The notes beneath the pieces are model-generated. The model ran no database searches. It had not been told where the DNA came from and was given only the letters and a program-made list of their open reading frames with translations. 64,000 bases of DNA, taken from Mobula hypostoma (taxonomy: Eukaryota). The DNA lies in the NCBI RefSeq assembly GCF_963921235.1, contig NC_086097.1, positions 202,990,001 to 203,054,000 on the forward strand, written 5' to 3'. Shown here one piece after another: positions 1 to 11,700 of the stretch. The translations under genes were made by a program, and so were the position numbers. Numbering within the stretch: the stretch's first letter is position 1; each line of letters begins with the position of its first letter.

Positions 1-321
1 CCGTTCAATCTTGGAAAATTTTAAAATTAGCACCAGTAGCTATAAAGCAACCTTTTATAATTGTACTTAAAATGACGCATTGCAGAAAAAAAATCACAAC
101 ATATTTTCAGATTAGTGTACAAGATTGGATTTCTAATCAGAATAAATCAAAAAAATCTAGATTATTTTTCCCTGTATTTTCTGGAAGATGAAAACTTTAT
201 AAGATATGGACACTTACCTACAAGTTCCAACCTTAAAATCTCGTATCCTTATTTTTTATTACACTCTCTTGATTCTAAATGCATGGTATACAGGTTTCAA
301 ACACATCACTGATATTAGCAA

Positions 322-2091
322 ACAACAGGAATTCTGCAGATGTTGGAAATTCAAGCAACACACATCAAAGTTGCTGGTGAACGCAGCAGGCCAGGCAGCA
401 TCTCTAGGAAGAGGTGCAGTCGACATTTCAGGCCGAGACCCTTTGTCAGGACTAACTGAAGGAAGAGTGAGTAAGAGATTTGAAAGTTGGAGGGGGAGGG
501 GGAGATCCAAAATGATAGGAGAAGACAGGAGGGGGAGGGATGGAGCCAAGAGCTGGACAGGTGATAGACAAAAGGGATACGAGAGGATCATGGGACAGAA
601 GGTCCGGGAAGAAAGACAAGCGGGGGGGGGGATCCCAGAGGATCGGCAAGGGGTATATTCAGAGGGACAGAGGGAGAAAAAGGAGAGTGAGAGTAAGAAT
701 GTGTGTATAAAAGTAAGTAACAGATGGGGTACGAGGCGGAGGTGGGGCATTAGCGGAAGTTAGAGAAGTCGATGTTCATGCCATCAGGTTGGAGGCTACC
801 CAGACGGAATATAAGGTGTTGTTCCTCCAACCTGAGTGTAGCTTCATCTTTACAGTAGAGGAGGCCGTGGATAGACATGTCAGAATGGGAATGGGATGTG
901 GAATTAAAATGTGTGGTCACTGGGAGATCCTGCTTTCTCTGGCGGACAGAGCGTAGGTGTTCAGCGAAACGATCTCCCAGTCTGCGTCGGGTCTCGCCAA
1001 TATATAAAAGGCCACATCGGGAGCACTGGACGCAGTATATCACCCCAGCCGACTCACAGGTGACGTGTTGCCTCACCTGGAAGGACTGTTTGGGGCCCTG
1101 AATGGTGGTAAGGGAGGAAGTGTAAGGGCATGTGTAGCACTTGTTCCACTTACACGGATAAGTGCCAGGAGGGAGATCAGTGGGGAGGGATGGGGGGGAC
1201 GAATGGACAAGGGAGTCGCGTAGGGAGCGATCCCTGCGGAAAGCAGAGGGGGGGGGAGGGAAAGATGTGCTTAGTGGTTGGATCCCGTTGGAGGTGGTGG
1301 AAGTTACGGAGAATAATATGTTGGACCTGGAGGCTGGTGGGGTGGTAGGTGAGGACTAGGGGAACCCTATTCCTAGTGGGGTGGCGGGAGGATGGAGTGA
1401 CAGCAGATGTACGTGAAATGGGGGAGATGCGTTTAAGAGCAGAGTTGATAGTGGAGGAAGGGAAGCCCCTTTCTTTAAAAAAGGAGGACATCTCCCTCGT
1501 CCTAGAATGAAAAGCCTCATCCTGAGAGCAGATGCGGCGGAGACGGAGGAATTGCGAGAAGGGGATGGCATTTTTGCAAGAGACAGGGTGAGAAGAGGAA
1601 TAGTCCAGATAGCTGTGAGAGTCAGTAGGCTTATAGTAGACATCAGTGGATAAGCTGTCTCCAGAGACAGAGACAGAAAGATCTAGAAAGGGGAGGGAGG
1701 TGTCAGAAATGGACCAGGTAAACTTGAGGGCAGGGTGAAAGTTGGAGGCAAAGTTAATAAAGTCAACGAGCTCTGTATGCGTGCAGGAAGCAGCGCCAAT
1801 GCAGTCGTCGATGTAGCGAAGGAAAAGTGGGGGACAGATACCAGAATAGGCATGGAACACAGATTGTTCCACAAAGCCAACAAAAAGGCAGGCGTAGCTA
1901 GGACCCATACGGGTGCCCATAGCTACACCTTTAGTTTGGAGGAAGTGGGAAGAGCCAAAGGAGAAATTATTAAGAGTAAGGATTAATTCTGCTAGACGGA
2001 GCAGAGTGGTGGTAGAGGGGAACTGATTAGGTCTGGAATCCAAAAGGAAGCGTAGAGCTTTGAGACCTTCCTGATGGGGGATGGAATATAT
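322..2091 (-). mobile_element. Penelope-like retroelement, 5'-truncated (RT, GIY-YIG endonuclease, 3' pLTR)
   Basis: ORF 1177-2043 has GVAMGTRMGPSYACLF and FLRYIDD; ORF 750-1076 has VIYC...LYIGET; frameshift near the G-run at about 1250; TSD actgatattagcaa at 308-321 and 2092-2105. Confidence 0.93.
417..458 (-). ncRNA. Minimal type I hammerhead ribozyme motif, degenerate
   Basis: Minus strand cagttagtc CTGACAA agggtctcggcct GAAA T GTC gactg; G8>A in the core. Confidence 0.7.
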
Positions 2092-2669
2092 ACTGATATT
2101 AGCAATACTGATTTAACAACTTTTAATTTACAGAAATTTAATTGTGCTTCAGATTGAGTTCAATACTCTTCTCTGACAATCTGACAGTTCAAGATTATTA
2201 AAACAATTAACAATGTTTTAAAGATGATACTGATTATTTGAATTCCCTGGCTTGAATATATTGTATAAACCCGAACCAGATTCATTTGGTATGTCAAGTA
2301 AATGAAGGACAAGCTCCAACTTGAAGAATATATTATCCTGGCAGTAAGTAAACAGTATTATTAAGATCTTGGTGCCACAATCTAATTTTGCTGGACTTGG
2401 TATCCCTGTTACCTGTTTAGTATTAATATACCTGTTATATAGCTGTTCACCTAAGTTTCAGCAGAAGTAAAAATACATCATTTGAAGGATGCTTTTTAAG
2501 TGAATTTACATTAATTTGCAACTAATTTTTTGCTCCACTTCAATAACCAACCTCAGAATTATTCTTTCGGTTAGATTTGAGTAGAACCAATCAAGTCAAG
2601 CATGCAGACTGAACGATCACAAAGGTGGACATCAAGTCCAAAGTTGTATCTCTAGTCAAAGTTACTCAC

Positions 2670-2762
2670 ATGTACATGTATAAATACTTTGCCACTTCAT
2701 CTCCCTGTCTCCCCGACATCTTTGATAGCCAGTTTCCAAACAGATCGTTGGGTACTGATTTC
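2670..2762 (-). CDS. PRKDC: PRKDC exon, 93 nt ([30 protein letters not shown])
   Basis: gtgaag|G ... AT|gtgagt; phase 2-2; aligns to human WLTKMSGKHDVGAYMLMY; the acceptor is weak so its position is less certain. Confidence 0.85.
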
Positions 2763-5700
2763 CTTCACATAGTTTAAAAATGCAAATAAGATTAATTATG
2801 TACCATACAAAGACTTGAAATAGTAATAATTCTATGAATCTAAGTATCAAGTAAAAATCTGAAAATTACTAGCTTTTTTATTATTTACACAACGATACAT
2901 ATGCCTAACTTTTTTGGAATAAACCATTTGCAGAACCCCGTCTTTTCTGAAGTAGAATCCACCTTGGTAAGATGACACCATGCATTGCTTTTTATAAATC
3001 CCATAGGAGCGCTATAAAGCGAGTGAAACCACACACCCAAGCTGAGATAGCTATCGAACAACTTAAATATTTGAGTGTCTCCAGCATTCATAAACATTCT
3101 CTTATTACTAAGATGTTAAAATTAAGAATTGTCAAAGCATCTAAAAAGTTCAAAATGTATAAATAAATCAATACCCAAAAACACTAAAAAACATATTTAA
3201 ACTATCTTAGCTCAATCAAAAATGTGAATTATCCATTAATTACAAAGTCATTTCCATTCATTCCCCACTTGAAATGGATGGAGTTGCTAGGACTAATGAT
3301 ACATCAAGTGGCATATTTCTCAATGTAATTGCTGGAATCTGCACTAGTATCCAGCATGAAGTCAGAGTTGGGATGACAAAATTGATCAGCTGTGTGAAAC
3401 GGCAGGTCTTTGCTTTTATATCTGATTGTACAGAGTCCTGACCCTTCAGAGTGCCACATATAGCTGCTAACATTTTAGCACAAATTTTTGACATTTGTAC
3501 TAGCAAGGTTGGTGTTGAGATAATTTTTATGAAACTCAGAAGTATTTCCATAATATTCATTAACTAGAAGCATAAAAACTTCACCAAAGACAGTCCCAAG
3601 CCTGGCTGCCAAAGGAGGAGGGTTGGGCAGGGGCTAGACACCCCATCCCATTAAAAACCCAGCGCCACAGAAACGCCGACAGAAGCCCAAAGAGCTCATT
3701 CCTGGGAGGGGAAGGATCTTCGTTGATGGGCTACACTTGGGGACGACATGAAAGAATGAGACCCAGGTCAGAGGGCTCTGGCGAGCTGCTTACGGTGGCC
3801 TGTGCCACAGAAGGGGTGATGGGCTTAAGACAAAAGCACAAACATAGCAATTCCTTATGTTCAAATGATACAACAAAATTCTAAAGAGGGGAAATGTGCT
3901 GTTAAAACTCCAAAAGCTCCTGTCAAAGATGGATTTTTCCACTTCTGGTTTCATGAAATTCACGTCACGCTGCTATCTTATCATTGCTATGCATTCAACA
4001 CCATGAAGTTCCTGTATTTGCACAATGGATGTGACCTAAAATGCAAAGTTGTCTTAACGCATCAGTCCAAGTACTCATAGAGGTGATAAGCAATAACTAG
4101 TGCCTCTAATCCTACTCTCAACTTTACATTTTGTTACATATTTTCCTTCGGACCTTCTCAACTTTTTGTTTCTCCTGTATCCGGCAACATGAATTTAGCC
4201 CTAAACAAGAGAAAATCTGCAGATGTTGGAAATCCAAGGAACACACACAAAATGCTGGAGGAACTCAGCAGGCCAGGCAGTATCTATGAAAAAAAAGTAC
4301 AGTCAACGTTTCAGGCCGAGACCCTTCGGCAGGACTGGAATAAAAAGGATGAAGAATAGATGTAAAAGGCGGGCGAGGGGAGCGAGAAACACAAGGTGAT
4401 AGGTGAAAATGGTTAAGGGGTGATGAAGAGCTGGGAGGTTGATTGGTGAAAGAGATACAGGGTTGGAGAAAAGGGAATCCAATCAGAGAAAACAGAAGGC
4501 CATGGAAGGAACAAAAGGGGAGAGGAAAACAAGAGGGACTAGAGAAAAAAAGATGAGTAGGATTAAAAGGTGGGGGAGGGGAGAGAGAAACACAAGGTGA
4601 TAGGTGAAACCCGGAGGGGCATGGATAAAGTAAAGAGCTGGGAAGTTGATTGGCGAAAGAGATACAGGGCTGTAGAAGGGGAGTCCAATAGGACAGAAGT
4701 CCATGGAAGAAAGAAAAGGGGGGCCCTTCCTTAACTTTAGTTTTTAGTATAGAAATGTGACCATAGTTTAAAAAAAACTCCAACGCCAAATGTAAAGCAT
4801 TTTTAGACATTTAGACATCGTGAAGGGAGCTATATATTTTCTTGCAGTTCTTGCAGAGTTAATTTCAAGTCTCCAATCCAACTGATTATGGAGAAATTTA
4901 AACAACAGGAATTCTGCAGATGCTGGAAATTCAAGCAACATACATCAAAGTTGCTGGTGAACGCAGCAGGCCAGGCAGCATCTATAGGAAGAGGCGCAGT
5001 CGACGCTTCAGGCCGAGACCCTTCGTCAGAACTTCCTTCAGTTAGTCCTGACGAAGGGTCTCGGCCTGAAGCGTCGACTGCGCCTCTTCCTATAGATGCT
5101 GCTTGGCCTGCTGCGTTCACCAGCAACTTTGATGTATGTTGATGGAGAAATTTAGTTAGTCACTCAAATCTCAAGTGCTCTGCTCTCCTTGCTGTGACAT
5201 TGCCAGTTCACATCTTTAACTTGCTGTGACATTGACAGTTCACATCTTTTAAGAGCCTGATACACACACAGAGTCTAAAATTACAAACTGGCAAGCAGAA
5301 ATTAGATATCTGCTGCAGAAAATAGTGGCTCAACAGGCTAGATTATGAATTCAAATAAAAATGTGTGAACCCAAACACTGGATTAAAATTCAATGCCTGG
5401 ATGATCTATGTAGTATTCACCACATTACATCCCGTGGACCTGTCTGACAGAACGACTCCTTTCTATCTTGGATTGGCATTGCAGTTGATCATTTCAAATG
5501 TACCTTTTTTGCTCATCCTCGGTCATGTTGCTCAGAAGGAAATCCTTGAACACACACGTATTGTCCAGCCATTCTATCAAACCAAGTCTTAAGAGAAACA
5601 TATCACCATTAATGGGGTGCTATTAAAAAATATTTATGACACAGAACAATCAGTGTTATATTTCAGCCGTGTAATACGACAAGTTAATTAGCTATCTCAT

Positions 5701-8700
5701 TATAGAATGCAGTCTAAACTATCTCAACAGGATAGAACTGTGTGTTCTGTTTGAGGGAGGCACCATTTAGTTAGAAATTCATGTTTTGAACATAAATAAA
5801 TCAGCTCACAAGTACATCTTGATTTATGAATCAGGTACAAACTTTTACTATAAAGCATCGACTCTTTACGTTATTGATATTTGAAGCTTTTCTCGCCATA
5901 ATGGAAAACACACCAATCTGTTTCCATAAGAATTTTGTACTTCCTACATTACATTTTCCCTTCATTGTAATAACTCTTCTAAGAAATTACAGCAAACTAT
6001 AAGCTCATTACCAGTCTGGATGCGATTAACAGAAGAAAAAGAGATCATTTGACCATAAGAACAAAAGATGTAGGAGCAGAATTAGGCCACTTGGCCCATT
6101 GTGGCTGCTCGCTATTTCACCATGGCTGACATATTATCTCTCTCAACTCCATCCTCCTGTCTTCTCCCTGTAACCTTTGACACCCTGACTAATCAAGAAC
6201 CTATCAACCTCTGCTTTAAATGCATTCAATGACGGCCTCCACAGCCATATGTGGCAATGAATTCCACAGATTCACCACCCTCTAGCTAAAGACATTCTTT
6301 CTCATCTCAGTTCTAAATGGGCATCTCTCTATTCTCGGGCTGTGCCCTCTGGTCCTCGACTCCCTCGACTATAGGAAACTTCCTCTCCACATCTAGGCCT
6401 TTCAATAATTGATAGGTTTCAATGAGATCCCTCCTCATTTTTCTAGACTCCATTGAGTACAAGCCCAAAAGCACAAACACACCACAATATATGTTTACTC
6501 CTGGATTCATTCTTGAGAAATTCCTCTGGACCCTCTTCAATGCAAGCACATCCTTTCTTAGTCAAGGGGCCCAAAACTGCTGCCAGCACTCCAGGTATGG
6601 TCTGACCAATGCTATATAAAACTTTAGCATCATATCCTTGCTGTTCTCGTCCCCTCAAAATGATTGCTAACATTTCATTGCCTTCCTTACTGACTCAACT
6701 AACAAGTTAACCTTTAAGCAATCCTGCACAATGACCCCCAGCTTGCTTTTCACCTCTGATTTTTGAATTTTCTCCCCGAATAGTCTGCTCTTTCAGTCCT
6801 TCAGCCAAAGTTCATGACATTTCCCTACACTACATTCCACGTGCCACTTCTTCGCCCATTCTTCCGATCTGTCTAATTTCTTATACAGACTTACTACTTT
6901 CTCAACACAACCTGCCGCTCCACATATCTTCGTATCGTTTGCAAACCTGGCCGCAAAGTTATCAATTCCATCATCCAAATCATTGACCTAACACGAAAAG
7001 TGGCTCCAACACAGACTCCTGTGGAACACCATTAGTTACCAGCAGCCTGCTGTAGTCCCACTCTTTGCTTTCTGCCAGTCAGCTAATCTTCTACCCATGC
7101 TAGCATCTTTCCTGTAACACCATGGGCTCTTATCTTGTTAATCAGCCTCAAAACAGCACCTTGTCAAAAGCCTTCTTAAAATCCAAGTAAACAACATCCA
7201 CTGACTCTGCTTTGTCTATCCTGCCTGTTATTTTGTCAAAGAATTTAAACTGATTTATCAGGCAAGATTTAAGGAAACCATGCTGACTTTGGTCTATTTT
7301 ATCATGTGCCTCCAAGTACCCCAAAACCTGATCCTTAACAATAGATTCCAAAATCTTCCCAACAAGTGCAATCCAGCTAACTGGCCAATAATTTCCCTTA
7401 CACAAAATAATCTGCAGATGCTGGGGTCAAAGCAACACTCACAACATGCTGGAGGAACTCAGCAGGTCGGGCAGCATCCGTGGAAAAGATTGATCGACGT
7501 TTCAGGCCGGAACCCTTCGTCAGGACCCATTGTGTTTTCCCCTATTCTTTCTTCACCTTTCCTGCCTATCACCTCCCTGCCTCCCTTCCCCCACCCCTTT
7601 ATCTTTCCCTTTACTGGTTCTTCACCTGGAACCTGCCAGCCTTCTCCTTCCCACCCTCCCCCCACCTTCTTTATAGGGCCTCTGCCCTTCCCCCTACAGT
7701 CCTGACGAAGGGTTCCGGCCCGAAACGTCGACCGATCTTTTCCACGGATGCTGCCCAACCTGCTGAGTCCCTCCAGTGTGTTGTGAGTGTTGCAATAATT
7801 TCCTTTCTTCTGCCTCCTTCCCTTTGAGACAGAACCCTTTATCATAGAGCACTAGAGCACAGAAACAGGTCCTATAGCCCACCTAGTCTATGTCAGACCA
7901 TTAATCAGCCCAGTCCCATCGACCTACACCTGGACCATAACCCTCCTATCCATGTACCTACAACACACATAAAAGTTGCTGGTGAACGCAGCAGGCCAGG
8001 CAGCATCTCTAGGAAGAGGTGCAGTCGACGTTTCAGGCCGAGACCCTTCGTCAGGACTAACTGAAGGAAGAGTGAGTAAGGGATTTGAAAGTTGGAGGGG
8101 GAGGGGGAGATCCAAAATGATAGGAGAAGACAGGAGGGGGAGGGATGGAGCCAAGAGCTGGACAGGTGATAGACAAAAGGGATACGAGAGGATCATGGGA
8201 CAGAAGGTCCGGGAAGAAAGACAAGCGGGGGGGGGGGTCCCAGAGGATGGGCAAGGGGTATATTCAGAGGGACAGAGGGAGAAAAAGGAGAGTGAGAGAA
8301 AGAATGTGTCCTCTGGGTCACCCCCCCCCCCGTCTTTCTTCCCGGACCTCCTGTCCCATGATCCTCTCATATCCCTTTTGCCTATCACCTGTCCAGCTCT
8401 TGGCTCCATCCCTCCCCCTCCTGTCTTCTCCTATCATTTTGGATCTCCCCCTCCCCCTCCAACTTTCAAATCCCTTACTCACTCTTCCTTCAGTTAGTCC
8501 TGACGAAGGGTCTCGGCCTGAAACGTCGACTGCACCTCTTCCTAGAGATGCTGCCTGGCCTGCTGCGTTCACCAGCAACTTTTATGTGTGTTGCTTGAAT
8601 TTCCAGCATCTGCAGAATTCCTGTTGTAGCCATGTACCTATCCAAGTTTCTCTTAAATGTTGAAAGCAAACCCATATCCACTGGCAGCTCATTCCACACT

Positions 8701-11700
8701 CTCACCATCCTCTGACTGAAGAAGATCTCCCTCATGTTCCCCTTAAACCCTTAACCCATGACCTCTTGGTGTAATCTCACCCAACTTTGTAAATATTATC
8801 TGCACTCTTTCAATCTTATTTACATCATTTTTGTAGGTAGATGACCAAAATTGGACACAATACTCCATAGGCCTCACCAACGTCTTATACAATTTCAACA
8901 TAACACCTGAAATCTTGGTGTCATTTGCAAACTTGCTGATCCAGTTTACCACATTATCATCTATATCATTGATATAGATGTCAGACAACAGACCCAGCAT
9001 CGATCCCCGTGGAATACCACTAGTCACAGGTCTCCAATCAGACAGGCAACCATCTACTACCACTAGCTTCTTCTGCGAGGCCAATATTGAATCCAATTTA
9101 CTATTTCATCTCCAATGCCAAGTGACTGAACTTCCCATGTAGAACCTCGTCAAATGTCTTGCTAAAGTCCATGTGGCCAACATCCACTGCCTTGCCTTCA
9201 TCAAATTTCCTGGTAATTTCCTCAAAAAAACTCTGGAAAATTTGGTTGGACACAACTTACCAAACCATTCCCTGTCTAACCAAAAAACTATATATCCCGT
9301 CCCTTAGAATACCTTCCATTACATTTCCCATTACTGATATCAGGCTCACCAGCCTATAATATCCTAGCATATTCTTAGCGCTTTTCTTAAACAGCGGAAC
9401 ACTATTAGCTATCCTCCAATCCTCTGGCACTTCACCTGGGGCTAAGGACACTTTAAATATCTCTCCTAGCGCCCCTGCTATTTCTGCAGTAGCCTCCCAC
9501 AGGGGCCAAGGGAACACACTGTCAGGCCCTGGGAATTTATCCAACCTAATTTGCCTCAAGATAGCAAACAACTCATCCTCTGTAATCTCTATAGGGTCCA
9601 TTACCTCACTGCTGCATTGCCTCACATCACAGGAGACTCTGTGTCCATCACCCGAGAAAGTACAAAAGCAAAAAAATCCATTTAAGATGTCCCCCATCTC
9701 TTTCAGCACCATGCAAAGAATATCACTCTGATCTTTCAGAGGACCAATTTGTCCCTTGCTATCCTTTTGCTCTTAACATATCTATAAAATTAATATTATC
9801 TGTAGATTCTCCTTCACCTTGTCCGATAAAGCAACCTCATGTCTTCTTTTAGCCTCCTGATTTCCCTAAGTTTTGACTTGCATTTCTTATACTCTTCATG
9901 TACTTCATTTGTTCCTGCCTGCCTACATCTGCTAAGCACTTCCTTCTTTTTCTTAACCAGGGCCTCAATATCTATCAAAAACCAAGCATTCCCTAAACCT
10001 GTTATCCTTGCCTTTTATTCTGACAGGAACACATGAACTCTGTACTCTCTGAACTTCACTTTAGAGGCCTCCCACTTAATAAGTACACCGTTGCCAGAAA
10101 ACAACCTGTCTCAATTCACACTTTCCAGATCCTTTCTGATACCATCAAAATTGGCCTTCTCCAATTTAGAATCTCAACCTGAGATCCAGACCTATCTTTT
10201 TCCATAAATACCATGCATTATGATCACTAGATGTGAAGTGTTCCCCTTCTGTCACCTGCACTGGCTCATGCCCTATTAGGAGTTCGAGTATCACACTCTC
10301 TCTAGTTGGGACTTCTATGTAGTAATTAAGAAAACCTTCCGGAACATATTTGACATACACTTACCCATCCAGCCCTTTTGTAGTATCGGAGTCCCAGTCT
10401 ATAAATCAAAAGTTAAAATCACCTACTATCATGACCTTATGTTTCTTGTAACAGTCTGTGATCTCTTTATAATTTTTTTGCTCTAAATCGCATGGCTTGT
10501 TGGGTGGTCTATAACAGAACCCCATTAACATGATCATACTTTTCTTATTCCTCACTCCTACCCATAAAGCCTCACTAGATGAGCTCTCCAATCTGTCCTG
10601 ACTGAACACTGCCATGAAATTTTCCCTGGCGAGTAATGCTACACCTCCACTTATAATCCCTCCCACTCTCTCACATCTAAAACAACTGAACCTCAGAATA
10701 TTGAGCTATCATTTCCTTCCCTCCTGCAACCAAGTCTCACTAGTGACTACAATGAGATATTCCCTTCTTAAAAAAGTAGAGTCACATTTGCAATTTTCCA
10801 GTCCTCCAGAAGCTTCCAGAATCTAGTGATATTTGAAAGATCATTACTAATGCCTCCAAAATCTCTTCAGCTACCTCTTACAGAACCTTGAGGTGTAGTC
10901 CATCTGGTCCAGGTGATTTAAGGTATATACGTTCAGACCGTTCTGCTTTCAAAGCATTTTCTCCTCAGTAATTGCAACTTCTGCCCCCTGAGGCTCTAGA
11001 ATTTCTGGCATACTACTAGTGTCTTCCACAGTGAAGTCTGAAGCAAAACACCAATTCAGATTATCCACCATTACTACCTCTCCAGCATCATTTTCCAGAG
11101 GTCCAATATCCACACTCACTTCTCTTTTATTCTATGTATATTTGAAAATAACTTTGGTATTCTCATTGACATTATTGGCTAGCTTAACTTCATATTTTAT
11201 TTTTCTCTCCTTAAGGTATTTTTAGTTGCCTTCTGTTGTTTTTTTTAAAAGCTTAACAATCCTTTAACTTCCCACTAACCTTTGCTAAATTATCTGTCCT
11301 CCCTTTTGTGTTTATGCTGTCTTTTATTTCCCTTGTCAGCCAAAGTTGCCTCACCCTCCCTTCAGAATCTTTATTCATCTTTGGAATGTACAGTATCTAT
11401 CCTGCGCATTCAGAATATCCCCCCCAGAAACTCCAGCCAATGCAGTTCTATCATCATCCCTGCTAGTATCCCCTTCCAATTAACTTTGGACAGGTCCTCT
11501 CTCATGCCTCTGTAACTCCCTATACTTTACTAGAATACTGACACATCTGACTTTATCTTTTCCCTCTCAACTACAGGGTGAAATCTATCATACAATGATC
11601 ACAGTCTCCTAAGTGTTCCTTTATCTTAAGCTCCCTAATCAAATCTGATTCATTACACAACACCCAATCCAAAACTGTCTTTCCTCTCGTGGGCTCAACT

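Larger units (their letters stand above)
7400..7792. mobile_element. Palindromic PLE end insertion, second subfamily
   Basis: TSD caataatttcc(c/t)tt at 7386-7399 and 7793-7806; inverted arms each carry a hammerhead. Confidence 0.88.
7961..8629. mobile_element. 669-bp palindromic PLE pLTR insertion with arms of about 285 bp
   Basis: TSD ccatgtaccta at 7950-7960 and 8630-8640; near-identical inverted arms about 7961-8246 and 8309-8593. Confidence 0.93.
7840..10755 (-). mobile_element. Second degenerate CR1 LINE nested in the first
   Basis: Own 3' tail (catagagcactagagc); RT remnants and APE remnants (GGVALL, IVGDFNF). Confidence 0.82.

Noticed and set aside
218..274. Possible next PRKDC exon (ttag ... 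TAG|gtaagt on the minus strand)
   Set aside because: It has an in-frame stop and no similarity to the expected downstream peptide; the true exon probably lies left of the window.
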